Positions 1 through 12,586 of a stretch of 64,000 nucleotides of DNA are shown here, in pieces. This stretch comes from Balanoglossus misakiensis. Taxonomy: Eukaryota > Animalia > Hemichordata. Where the stretch lies: assembly GCA_040954595.2 (NCBI GenBank), contig CM082597.2, positions 8,204,343 to 8,268,342 on the forward strand, given 5' to 3'. The notes below the pieces were generated by a model. That model had not been told where the DNA came from, ran no database searches, and saw only the letters and a program-made list of their open reading frames with translations. Each line of letters opens with the position of its first letter. Position 1 is the first letter of the stretch. Both the position numbers and the translations under genes were made by a program.

Positions 1-810
1 GGTCATTAAATGCTTTGAAATATCTATCAAAACATGTTCCTTTGTATTTCAGAGTCCGGAAGAGGTACCATGATGCCCATACTATTGTTGACCCTGATCC
101 AGGACTGTGTTACACACGGGCGAAGAGGCTCCGTTGTCCAAGATGTAAAGATGAATACACTGTTGATAAGACTCAAACTGTGGACATTTCTAGTTGTGAT
201 GATTGGACCAGTTCTTGTGGTTCAATACCAACAGGTTTCTCATATGTTCAAATTATGAACCATGTGAAAAAGTCGGGCAAAGTTGTTGGGGATTATGTTG
301 AAAAACCACTTGATAAAGGGTACAATTTTTTGTTATGAAAATTATGTACACAATGTAAAAAGCTGCAAAACAGACACACATTGTTTAATCAAAGGGAGGT
401 GTTACAGGTCCCAAAAGAAAAATGAACCGCCCCATTTTGTCAGCTTGTCACTATGTTTAGTAACAGCTGAGGTTTTTAATGCAAAGTGCTCATAACACAA
501 CGACATAGAAATCCCAATTTTCGAAAACGAAGATAAATTCGGATTTTTGTATGGAAATACTCATTATCAATGTCAGCCCAATCAAAAATTACAAAATTCC
601 TTTGAAAAAACCCATGGTTGTCAAAGGGAAATTTTGAAATTGATTTTTCAATGGAAAAGTGCATAAATGTTACATTAAAGACCCTCATTATTATTTGTAT
701 TGAATAAAAAACTAACTTTGAGCGATGCTAAATTTGATTTGACTTTTTTCAACAGAAAAACGAGCGCAGTTTAATTGTCAATGGGAAAGGAATCTTGTAT
801 AGCTTGAAAT

Positions 811-988
811 CTTGCCAATTGGCAGGAAAACCGCAACGACTTAGAAATCCCTGCCAATTGGCAGGATTTTCAGGCTGTACTAGACTCCTGCCAATCGGCA
901 AGATTTCCAGGTTGTACAAGACTCCTGCCAATTGGCAGGATTTTCAGGCTGTACAAGACTCCTGCCAATCGGCAAGATTTCCAGGCTG
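811..988. repeat. 37-bp tandem array built on the palindrome CTGCCAATTGGCAG
   Basis: Palindrome starts at 851, 888, 925 and 962 (period 37), with one more copy near 812. AATTGG and AATCGG variants alternate. Confidence 0.92.
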
Positions 989-2267
989 ACGTACCAGTTC
1001 CTGCTCATCGTCGCTATCAAAGTGCACAAGTGAGCACGTATTTTCGAGCGCACGATCGCTGAGCACGACATATTCGTCACTTGAATCAAATTACGTACTG
1101 GTTGATGAAAAAAATACTGCCATTAATCGACATGCTGACAGGCGCAGAAGACAGCCCTGATACACGGCCGAACAACCTGGCAGTAGCCCTGACCTCGAAC
1201 GCCGCGGGCCAGCTTAGGCTTGTAGTTAGTTTTGGCACAGTCACTTGGTAGATTCCATTCAATTGAAGGGTTTCCTGATTTAAAGCACCGGTCAAGTAGG
1301 CGAAGTAATTGGACTTTTACTAGCTAGAAATACTAGAAAGTAGTCATACTGAAAAATTATAACCCATGTAAGATTTCAGTAACATATATCCGTCAGTTCG
1401 TATTTTTTACTGAAAACATACTAGTACTCAATCATTGAAGCGCCTTTCCCAAGGTTGGCCCAACCTAAACATAATGGTTTATCTATTCTCTAATACTAAT
1501 TTGAATAGTAAAGGTTAAGGGTTATAAGATATATCCAGGCACAAAGGTGGCGACCCACGCGGCTAAGGTGTGAATCGCCAAACATATCTATGGAACAATA
1601 AAAATCTCCGGATTTCTATTGTTTCTGTGGACAGCGACGGTTTTCGCCAAGTTCTCAATGATGCGATTCAAACCCGGGTTTGAGCAGAGTGCCCAGCGCA
1701 AACTGTCGACGTCCAACGTTATAGCGTTGCTATCTTGTGGAAGAAGACCGGTGCACTTTAAGTAAATAAACAAGAATCAAAGAAAACTTCCAGGCTGATC
1801 AACAAGCGCAAGGGTGAACCGTTCTGGCCATTGAAAACGTGTCAAGCTTACAAGGACACCCATAAGGTAAGAATGATTGTCGTCCACTAGGTCTCTCTGT
1901 TTCCGTGATGTATGGTGACTGTGTCGCCGTCCCGTGAAGTTTTGTAGCCAGCAACATTTCTCAACGATGGGCATGTGTGTCAGGAAAGACCACCCTTTCC
2001 GACCACACACCTGTGTTGTGATCGCGTTCTTTATTGTAAGTTATGTAACATGTATTTGATGTTTGTTCAACAACCTTCAAAGTCGCGCTTTTATTATATT
2101 TTACATATGGAATGCTTTTTTTTTCTTTTCAGGGAACAACGACATCAATGGAGATGCTCTATGATTGGCCAAGCCCTCTTATAACCATTTTGGACCCAGA
2201 AAAGTTTTCATTGTAAAATTTCCAGGAGTTTTTATATTTTAAGCGAGTGGATGTGTAATGTGTGTCT

Positions 2268-2572
2268 CTGCCAATTGGCAGAGTCAGCCATCTTGTCTCT
2301 GGCCTCTGCCAATTGGCAGAGTCAGCCATCTTGTCTCTGGCCTCTGCCAATTGGCAGAGTCAGCCATCTTGTCTCTGGCCTCTGCCAATTGGCAGAATCA
2401 GCCATCTTGTCTCTAGCCTCTGGCAATTGGCAGAGTCAGCCATCTTGTCTCTGGTCTCTGCCAATTGGCAGAGTCAGCCATCTCGTCTCTGGCCTCTGCC
2501 AATTGGCAGAGTTGACTATCTTGTATCTTGCTTGGAAGGCTAAAAGGCAGATTTTCTGCCGATTGGCAGAGA
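2268..2572. repeat. 38-bp tandem array (about 7 units) built on the same palindrome
   Basis: Unit CTGCCAATTGGCAGAGTCAGCCATCTTGTCTCTGGCCT starts at 2268, 2306, 2344 and onward to 2496, with a degenerate copy near 2557. Confidence 0.93.
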
Positions 2573-4385
2573 TACAGTAAAAGAAAACATGTTTTTTTCA
2601 ATAGAAAAATTAAGTACACTTTTGAATGCCTAGAAATTCAGATTTTCTTTGTCAACTTTTGATGTATTATTTTTAAGTGCAATAAAACTCTGATTTTCTA
2701 TAGAAATATTCTGTCCAAAAAGCCATTCTTTGCGTGTTAGTATATTTCCAAGAAAAAAACTTGCCTCATCAACATTTGTTGCTACAAGTTCTGAACAAAT
2801 GTTAAAAAAATAAGTATTTGTCCAAGGATAAAAGCAAGTATAAGTTGTGCGTATTTTTTTCTGAGGAAAATTAAAAGTCTTACAAGGCAATTCCGGGAAA
2901 TTATTCCAAATATATGTTTTTCCTAAATATTAACCAAAGACACAAATTCCAGTGTTTTCCTGATTCTAGAATACAATTAAGAAAAAAGTCAGTTCAAAGT
3001 TATATTTGTTAGCTTTTTAATTTTTGGTTGATAATATACAAGAATCAATGTAATTTATTAAGGATTTTTAGGTATTTTGTCAAAAAAATCTCAAAAAACC
3101 TTGTTTTTCGGAAATTGGGATTTCTATGTCGTTGTGTTTCATGTGTTGCAGGTACTGCAGGACATTGCAATCATATAGTGGGACTTTTATATTTACTTGA
3201 CCACTGCAAGAAATTAAAACTGAGAGAGTTTCCTTTACTGGGAACATGCACAGATAATCCACAAAAGTGGCATCGTCCCAGGACTGATGGAATTGCACCT
3301 GAACCAATAATGGGCTACAATGTTTTTAGACCAAAGTATGGGACATCTTCCTCTGGGGTAGCTTGTACTTTGTATGAAGCTAGGGGGAAAGCTGTATTGC
3401 AGACATCAAATGATCAATTGAAAGAGCTCAGTAATGATATTCAGGACTTAAATTTGGGTTTTTCTCATTTGACCCCCACAACTGATGATACTGATATGGT
3501 ACCAACAAAAATGGGTTTCCATGTGCCTGTGGGTAGTGTTCTCAGTTACCAGTTGTCCTTAACCGAAGGCAATTTTGATGTCCTGTGTAATATTTCCAAT
3601 GATTTCATTGTAGAATTTATTCCAGAAACCTACCCTAGGCTTCCACTGTCTGCTGTCCCTATCTTCAACGTTAATGGCCCTTGTATTGAGAGTGTGTCAA
3701 AGTTCCTAGATAAACTTAAGCTGAACTCTGATGCATCAGCGCAACTAGAAGAACAAACCCGTGGCCAGTGTTGTAACCCCTTATGGTTTGAAGCCAGGAA
3801 ATTCAGATTAACGAGCAGCAAATTTGGGGGGGGTTGTTAAAAAAAGACCTTGGGGAAATCATAGCAAATTTGTACGCAGCTTATTAATCACAAAAGACAT
3901 GTCGCATATTCCAGCAATAAAATATGGCCAGGATAACGAATCAAAAGCTTTAAAAAAATATGAAGATTTCATGATAAGTAGTGGTAGGCAGGTTTCTGTT
4001 TTTAGGGCGGGTTTAGTTGTGAACCCATCAATGTCCTGGTGTGGCGCATCACCAGATGCCAAAGTTATTGATGAACACAGTGGTGTTGGGATTGCTGAAA
4101 TAAAATGTGCATATGCATATAGAGATGTCAGCCCCAGAGATGCATGTAGTGACACAAGATTTTATTGTGAAATAGTGGATGGTGTGCCTCGTCTTAAAAA
4201 AAATCATAATTATTATTTTCAAGTTCAAGGCCAGATGGGCATATGTGGTGTGTCATGGTGCGACTTCGTTGTATACACAAATAAAGGTCTGTTGATAGAG
4301 AGAATAAAGTTTGACGTTTCTTTCTGGGAGTCAATGATGGAAAAACTTATTGGTTTTTACGAGACACATTTTGTTCATGTAGCAT

Positions 4386-4502
4386 CTGAAATGATAGATT
4401 TTGTAAATATAGATGCAAATTAAGCTGAAATGATAGATTTTGTAAATATAGGAGCAAATTAAGCTGAAATGATAGATTTTGTAAATATAGATGCAAATTA
4501 AA
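4386..4502 (+). repeat. 39-bp tandem triplication spanning the YqaJ stop codon
   Basis: CTGAAATGATAGATTTTGTAAATATAGATGCAAATTAAG at 4386, 4425 and 4464. Confidence 0.9.
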
Positions 4503-4792
4503 CTACTATTGTACTAGCAGTATGGAATTCAGTCTTGTTTTATTGTTGTTTTAACATGCACAATACAATTCAACAAAAACAATAACCATTAGATATCTCA
4601 TACATGACCCTGTTATTTATTATATTAAAATCTCAGTATTGTCCCGTTATAGCCCCAGTAACACTAATTTTGAGACACTGTGTCAGTATTTTTTGTTGTT
4701 ACTCCATATTTCCAAAACATGATGAAAAAAACAACAGAAATGTTATTTAATAACATTTCTGTTTTTTTTTCATCATGTTATACCACCGGGCT

Positions 4793-6981
4793 TTAATCTG
4801 GCACAGAAATGATTGGGTTCTGGAAGAGAGTCAAAAGTGCACAGACTGTCCATATCTGATTGATTGACCCTGTTAATGACATGGGGATCACAGAATCAAA
4901 AATATGGAAATTTTTCACTTTATTTATTGCTCTTTCTACATGGATTCTTTCTGATGCAATCTGCTGAGTTTCAATAACATCACAATCTGGCATTTGTCCC
5001 CTTTGCCCCAGAAATGGTGGGATATTTAGCTTTACATTGATTGGATCAAGTAGATCCTGAATATCAAAGCCTTTGTCAGCTAGTATGCGATCTCCTGGCT
5101 CAAATGAATTTTGCAATAGGCCACTTCTGATGGTCAAATCACGATCTGAAATACTACCAGTGTACAGCTGTGAGACAAAGCTGATGTTACCAGCAGGACT
5201 GATTCCAATCAGACCTTTCAGTGTGTTTGTTGATTTATAATTTGAATATGATTGAGATTTCAACATTAATGATGATGGCATTTCAATCTTTATTTATGTT
5301 GCATCAATGATTATACGTGTATCAGCATCTTTGAATGAATCTGGCATTGTGTTCACAAAAACTTGCTTAGATGGCCATATATTTATGGTACCAAGTCGGA
5401 GATACAGAAAATTTGACCAGGACAGAACAATATTACTGACAGTGGTGACAGAAACTGAAAATCGATATGACAAATCACGCTCAAAAAGACCCAACCGTAC
5501 CCTGCACAAAAAAAGAAATAACTGATTTTGCACAGACAATTTCCGCGGTCTTCCAACCTTTGTTCCAGTCTGCTGGTGGGAACTTGCTGTCTGGCGAACA
5601 TTTACGAGATTTTCACCATTTGGCCCAGGGTTTACATATTTTAGAAGGGAATTAAAAACATGAATATTAGGAAAACCTGTGTAAAAAGAAATATCACACT
5701 CTTTGATGTTCTGTATCAAAAATTCGGAGTTGCGAAGAGCAATCTCCAGACGATGGTTCTCTACAGTTAATTGTTGGATTTTGTTTTTAAGTTCCTCCAT
5801 TTCTTTGGCCATGATTTCAAAACGTGAGGAAGTTTCTTCATCAGCCCTTGCAACCTTGGTCGATGCATCCCCAGATTCCAACTGCATCATGGTTGTCTGG
5901 TTCTCATCCGTTTTGCATAACCGCGACAGTTGCAGAGCATTAAATGGCCGACTTGGCTTAGGCTGAGCTGTTATATGAGGAATATCTTCCCAACACTTAA
6001 AAACACACGGGACAGCCCCTGAATGAATCGTCCTCCTGCCACTGAATTGGTGAAACTCAATATCATCTTCTCTGAAATGGAGGAAGCAAACAACTGTATG
6101 ATTTCCAACCTGAAAAATAAAAAACAAATATAAGCAATAGTAGAGGGATTATATTTTAGATTCAGCATGTTTCCAAAGACTTGATTTGTGTTGGAAAGCT
6201 ACACAGTGGCTGTGACCTATATTTATATATGTACAACAATTACATTAATGAAATTTTCATCTAATTCTTTAGACAGGAATATTTGATTTTTCATTTTTCA
6301 TAACAGCAAGATGGTGTTTAGGGCTTTAAACAAATCGCTCCAAAATGTTCATTTTAAGAAATTTAAATACCTTAAAGGACTTGTCTTCATCACGTCTTAT
6401 TTTTGTCAGCCATATCTTTTTCATTTCTTCATTTTGTGGAAATTTATGATACGTAACAGTACCATGCCCAGGAACAGAAAACTTCCCATAGCTGGTACAG
6501 CGTGGCACAGCACAGTTTTTTTTTGTAGCATTCCTGGAGCTCACCTTAGAAAAAAGCTGAATAAAAAAATAATATGTGATGTAAAAATATATGAAAAAAA
6601 CATCATGGTGGTATCTACAAGTTATGCTGATCACAGCCCTGGCTGGCCCATGTATATTGCGGTTAAATGAACAAAAGATCGTGAAGGAAACAAAAACCAG
6701 AGGTGTGAAACAGTTGCTAATAGTATTTAGTTGTTCAGATGTTGTGTCATTGTAGCTATTGGGTCTTTTGTATTAGTTGTGAATGAAAACTGGATCACTG
6801 AGCTGCTTAGAGCAAGTACGTTGAGGACATGAATAAGTAATAGGATGTAAATATTTAAGTAATGAAAATTAATGCCGCCGATGAATATTTATGAGTGACC
6901 GGCAGTCTGAAATTACTTGGCAGAACCAAATAAGGACTTTGAGAAGAAAACTGAAATCGCACTCACCATTTTTGCAGCCAT
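4793..6981 (-). pseudogene. THAP-HTH-DDE (DDE_Tnp_4/Harbinger-like) transposase of element 1, one nonsense codon
   Basis: Inferred exons 6981-6967 (MAAKM), ~6556-6371 (CAVPRC...HKFP...W..KIRR, THAP) and 6109-4793 (VCFLHF, GRPRKLS, LRLGLFERDL-like HTH, IIDAT, ADKGF, HVERAI). An in-frame TAA at 5296-5294 replaces the E of DATE. Confidence 0.9.
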
Positions 6982-7492
6982 TTCCAGCTTCCCGCGACCG
7001 CGTTGAAAAAACACCAGGCGCCACATAAGAAAAAAAACGTTGACAAAATGGCTTTTTCAAACTTTCCCCCGAATGACGTCATCGCCTGTAGAGGGCGCTA
7101 CTTATGAAAGTGGTGTATAGGCCCTACTGAGTAACACACACTTGGCAGTCTAACAGGTCTGGGTGCCAGGATTCTAGGAACCCTGGTAATCAAACCAGAT
7201 TTAACCGACATGCCAGTGTTAGTGTTAGAGTGGAAAGTTGCCCCAAATTGCAACCATCATTATCTTCATACGACCAATCCTCTGAAATCAATAGGGCTGT
7301 ATATCACGGAGAAGTATATGATGGCTTCAATGCCTCTTTACGGAAAGGTACCCGGATGTAAATCAAAACGAGGCTCTAGGGGGCACTGCAGGTCAGGGAC
7401 ACTGCGCCATTGTTTGAACAAAGTTTGTTTACATAACATGACCTTTAGTGACACTAATCTTTTGCGTACGTAAGACGTACTACGTTTAAATA

Positions 7493-8921
7493 ATGGGAAA
7501 GTGGTATTGTGCTGCAGCCCTGTGTAATAACCAAGCCAATAAGTGTCCAGAACTGTCGTGGCATACATTTGCCACTGACGAAAAGCGTCGGAAAGTGTGG
7601 ATCGCGCTGATGCGGCGAGCAGACGATTTCTGCACATTTCAAGACATCAGACTTTAAGATCGGATTGGCGGGTAAGCGATATCTAAAGCCAGGAATTTTA
7701 CCGTCCATCTTTCCCTGGACAAAATCCACAGCTACCCGTCCTTCGCCGAGTCGAAGCCGTCTCTGTCTCGTTGATGATAGCGTACGTCTGCCCGTAACAA
7801 CGACATCTGGTAACATTTCGCCCCAGTCCAGTTCAGCGGTTTTAGGACCCCTTACTCCGGAGGAATGTCTTACTCTTGCCGACAAAGTTCAACGACTCGA
7901 GAAAGAAAATCAACAGTTGAAGAAAGAAAATCTACAACGTCAACAGCAACTAGACATTTATAAGTTTGGACTGGACCGTTTTTCGTGTAGTGACGATGAC
8001 ATTTATTTTTATACCGGCTTTCCGGATTACAGAACTTTAGTCGGGTGCTACGAATATTTAAAACCGTGCGCCGAACATTTGCATTACTGGCAGTATGCAC
8101 AGAGAAGGGCGAGAGAAAGTTCGTACACTCCGAGTCCGGACAGCGATGCCAGAAAAACTGGAAGACCACGATCGATGCAGCCTATCGATGACTTTTTTTT
8201 AGTACTTTGTCGGTTGAGGTTGGGCTTATTTGAGCGAGATTTAGCCCATCGCTTTTCTGTTTCAATTTCCGTTGTATCTGATATTTGTATTACTTGGATT
8301 AATTTTATGTATTTACAATTTGGAAGTTTGCCCATTTGGCCATCGAGACAAAAAGTCAATGAGCATATGCCTGAGATTTTCAAATCCAGTTATCCTGATA
8401 CCAGGTGCATCATCGACTGTACAGAAATTAAATGCGAAACACCCAGTGACTATGGGAGACAGTCGGAACTGTGGTCTGAGTACAAAACCCATGATACTTT
8501 GAAAGGCCTTGTTGCAATAGATCCTGCTGTTGCCGTGACTTTTATCAGTCCGTTATTTGGGGGCTCAGCATCAGATAGAGTCATCACTGAGCAATGTGGT
8601 CTTCTCGACTTGCTGGAGCCAAACGATAGTTTAATGGCAGACAAAGGGTTTGATTTGGGTGATCTACTTATCAAACGAAGGGTGACACTAAATATTCCTC
8701 CAAAACGTCGACCTGGTCAAAAGCAAATGAGCTGTAATGATGTTTTTCAAACTCAGAGAATTGCAAGTGTTCGCTTACACGTTGAACGAGCTATAGGCAG
8801 GGTGAAGGCGTGGCACATATTTGATCACGTGATTCCACTAACTTTGTACGGATCTATAAATCAGATGTGGGTTGTCTGTTGCTCTATTGTGAATTTTCAG
8901 AGGCCAGTGCTGTCATGCTAA
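7493..8921 (+). CDS. THAP-HTH-DDE transposase of element 2; 418-aa core open, THAP N-terminus frameshifted
   Basis: ATG 7493 gives MGKWYCAAALCNN...WHTF..DEKRRKVWIALMRR. The frame shifts near 7628 to SAHF...LKPGILPSIF, then GRPRSM, LRLGLFERDLAHRF and the catalytic motifs IIDCTE, ADKGF, HVERAIG. Confidence 0.9.
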
Positions 8922-9812
8922 TTGTAATTACTTATGATTATGTTAAACAATGATTAAGAAGATCCACTTTGTAGTGCTCAATATATGCTTGGTATTGTCA
9001 TCTGTGGGGACTATGAGTTCTGGATACATGGCTGGGTGAGGGTGTGTCTATTGTGGTGTCTGCAAGGTCATTGAACTTCTGGTCATCACTCAGTGACCTT
9101 GTTGACCCCACAATAGGCAATACCCCCCTGGTTTCCAAGGGATGAATATATGGAAAAGTCGCTCATTTTTACATTATTTATTTTCTTTTGAAATATTTTT
9201 TTTATGTTTTAATTCTATATATGAGCTACTTTTCCATAAATGATTTGTAAATCAATTCATATATCAAACAATCACTACATCATTACTTGCTAATTTGACA
9301 GGGAAATTAGTATGTCTTCTTGATTAATTCCTGAAATTTATGTAACTATGTAATAAACTTGAGCGTAGACAATGAATAATCATTAATTTATTTTATTGCA
9401 GTACCTTTTAATAAATAAATAAATATTTTGTAAATTAATAAAATAATTCAAACCATCTATCATTATGGTTAAAAAATACTTTAAATAGTATGTGTATACA
9501 TATCCTTAAAAGTCGCTGATGGAAAATTTCTATCAATATTTACAGAGAATGTATTTACAAATTACATATATTTACAGATTTGAATTAAAAGTTTGATATT
9601 TATTTGGACAGCAATGCCACATGGTCTCTTGGTAATATTTTTCACCAAGTTTTAGAAAGTCAAGCAAGCATTTGTGACTGAAGAAAATACACCATGTTTC
9701 CAGATATAAAATGAATAAAATGTATGTACTTCATTTTTCTCACAATGTTTTCTGACTTAACCATGAAAACAATCACATATTTTTCAGTCTTTTCAGGTTT
9801 AACAGTATTGAA

Positions 9813-12586
9813 TTACATTTCATTTTCACAATGTGCAAATTTAATGTATGTTGAGGTGAGGACTGGCAACATGACTTTAATCCAAACTTCATGACTGAAT
9901 CTCACTCTTTCAACATAAATTTCACCATGTCCTGTGTAGACAATAATGTCACACCATTTCAGGCCACTGAGGGCCATCTGTCCCTGAATTTGATAAAAAT
10001 AATCACGCTCTTTATTTAATCTCATACAGTCAGTATTTTTCAAACAAAAATTTACCATATCAGGATGAGAACCTGACTGTAGAGGTGACAGACCTAACTG
10101 ATTTGCTTTGTGCGATGTTTTGATCTCTGCAAGGCCAAATGAATCTTCCTCTGTACAGTCATACACAACAAGGTCAGGGGTAGCACCAAGATATGGAATA
10201 GCTGGATTTATTATCAAGCCAACACTAGAAGTTTGAACAGGTGAACAATTCCTGTCTTTAAATTCTCTGTACAATTTAGCTACAGTAGCTTCATTTTCCT
10301 TTCCAAACTGGATTGCTTTTATGTGTGACAAATTTCTGGGGAATTTAAGATATTGAATAAATTTTTCAGAGATTACTTTCCTTTTGATAATTTGACTAAA
10401 GTTGGATGCAGTAATTCTGTTTGCTCTTAAAACATGCCACTGTGAATTACTACTCTGTGTACGAGTTTGTTTTTTTTCAATATTTTGTGATTTAGCTAAA
10501 GATACTGCCAGAGACTTTAAGACATCAGTTGGAAATAAAGTGAAATTTATAGAGTGATTAAGTACATTTACAGGTAATGGAGGAAAAGATATTGATAGAC
10601 TGGCACTGTCACTGACAGGCATATTGCAAATTGACTTTGGACCATATCACATTCATCAGGTATATTTCTTACAAGAGCATTAACAATATTGTTCTGTTTG
10701 AAATATTTCTTTAACTTTTGAACTTTTCTCATTTCAAAGTTAGCATACTGTGCGGGTCGTGGATCATACAATGTTTGATGAATGCCTTGTTTTCTTTTAG
10801 TGCTTGTAGAACTTGTGGAAGGTTTTGGTCTCTGTATTGTAGAATGGATGATTGGTGTATGTGCTACCTGTCTTTTAGTTTTACTCGGCTTGCCCCATTG
10901 TTGTTTTTCTTCAGTTTTACTTTTCAAAGAGGGTGCTTCTTTGATATCACGACGACAGAAGTCATCAAGCTGCCAAAGGAGTGCAACCACATGACAACAT
11001 GTACCACTCAATCTGATAAAATAGAATAATGATAAAACATACAGTGTAGTTTAGTACGATAATATAAGTGTAGAATATGTTATAAAATATACATTGTAGT
11101 ACAATACAGTTCTGGACAGTTACAGTATTTTAGAATCCATACTTTATAATAAAATACAGTACAACACAAAAGGACTACACTACAGTATGTACATGTATCA
11201 CTGTAAAGGATAGTACATGCTATACTGTTAAAAAGTGTGCAGTATATTAACGTGCACCAAGATTTAATGATTCATTTGATAACAGACTTGGGAAAATGAT
11301 ACTGAATGATATAGACATACCCTGCAACACATTCTGGTCTGCATATAGCAGCTGCAACACGATTAGTACCAACTTTGTCCAGAACAACCAGTACACTGTG
11401 TTTAGTTCCCTTAGCCATTGATGCCCAACAGAATGCCTTAACATACACCATTCTTTCAGTTGCAGCCATCTTAACACCATGGACAAATCCAGACTGAAAC
11501 AGGGCGAAACCTTTACTAAAATTATTGCCAGTCTTTATGCATCCAGTGCTCTCCTGAAAGAAAAAAACAGACATTTGAAGTTTTGATTAAGTTTCATTCC
11601 ACCATGTTACATTATTCTTAAAACTTGCTAGTTGTAATTTCTGACTATTTTACAGCATTTTTTCAACAACAGTTTCTTGGTCTACTCTCAACAGAAGTCA
11701 GAACTTTTCACTACTCAAATGATCAAAATACCTGTACAGTGAAGCCCCCTAAATTGAAATGATTATTGCCATTTGAAAATGAATGCGGGAATGCACAAAT
11801 CAAGTGTCACTTACCTTAGACTTATATGTCATTTTGCCCGACAATTCCAATGCAGAGTCTATATCAGCAGGTGTGAAAACAGGTATCTGTGTCACATCTG
11901 TCGTGAACTTCTCATCTCATAGTGACCCGGGTGTTTACGTGTATTCAGACCAGCGGAATTTTAGACAGCAAGAGACTGTGGTCAAACCATAGACATCTGA
12001 CACTGACGTGAAACGTACCATCATGGAGGTATAACGCTTATACCTCCGTACCAAACAAGCAAACCTATAAACTCTGTCAAAGTTGATTAAACTTTGATGC
12101 GATGGGATAAACATTTGTGTGACTAAACAACAACTTACACAACGGTGCCAATCTCGTCGGCCGTCTGCTCTGTGGAACAAAGTCATAGTACCGTTCGGCT
12201 TCAAGTTGAATATCACGATCACAATGTCAATACATAGTTAACAACATGCACACGATATAAAACCCAGAAATAAATGCGCGACGAGACGAGAATATTGCCA
12301 CCGAGTGGGATATTTCAAGAATTGGCGTTTTTCCACAAAAATATCACGATATCGATAAAATGTACATTGAAGTTTGAACGACGACGACAAGCAATAATAA
12401 GTGTACTCACCGTTCGACCAAAGTCTTCTTATTGCCAGTCACACCGAGTCTTCGAACACGAAGCCAGAACACTTATTCACTGACCCTAAGCGTTGTAGGA
12501 TCACGACCGTTCAGATCTGACCCAGGTATGTCCGCTGGAACCAGCCGAACATCACCAAGTTCGACGACTGATGCCTGATCATTCAT
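9813..12586 (-). pseudogene. SAP-like/SWIM/YqaJ protein of element 2, spliced and disrupted
   Basis: Exons 12586-12411 (DIPGSDLNGRDPTTLRVSE*VFWLRVRRLGVTGNKKTLVER, SAP-like with an internal stop), an exon ending at 11815, 11553-11321 (...CRPECVAG) and 11012-9813 (LSGTCCH; frameshift near 10620; QTRTQS..WHVLRANRITAS, GATPD, EIKT, YFYQIQGQM..WCD). Confidence 0.87.

Larger units (their letters stand above)
494..3138. mobile_element. Non-autonomous TIR element (2645 bp) nested in the YqaJ gene, 4-bp TSD
   Basis: Ends AACACAACGACATAGAAATCCCAATTT / AAATTGGGATTTCTATGTCGTTGTGTT, with TCAT at 490-493 and 3139-3142. Removing it restores TGC-TCA-TGT-GTT (C-S-C-V). Superfamily not assigned. Confidence 0.9.
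52..4423 (+). pseudogene. SWIM zinc finger + YqaJ/lambda-exonuclease-like protein of ISL2EU element 1, disrupted
   Basis: Joined ORFs 15-338, 283-495, 3028-3840 and 3824-4423 give AKCSCVAGTAGHCNH (SWIM), QTRGQ...WFEARKFRLTSS, GASPDAKV, EIKC, YYFQVQGQMGICGVSWCDFVVY (YqaJ). Frameshifts occur at a T-run (~327-332) and a G-run (~3826-3833), and a TE interrupts at 494-3138. The first exon is upstream of the window. Confidence 0.88.
1..7118. mobile_element. ISL2EU-type (PIF/Harbinger-related) DNA transposon 1; left end outside the window, right end approximate
   Basis: Convergent pair of a YqaJ/SWIM gene (+) and a THAP-HTH-DDE transposase (-), the two-gene layout known for ISL2EU. The right terminus is guessed near ...GAAAGTGGTGTAT because the partner TIR is not in view. 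Confidence 0.8.

Noticed and set aside
811-2572. Palindromic 37/38-bp repeats as CRISPR arrays, and the ORFs across them
   Set aside because: The sequence between palindromes is itself repeated, so these are tandem repeats inside a TE and the ORFs are artefacts.
3824-10622. YqaJ genes as phage or bacterial horizontal transfer
   Set aside because: They have spliceosomal introns and are paired with Harbinger-like transposases, which is standard ISL2EU cargo.
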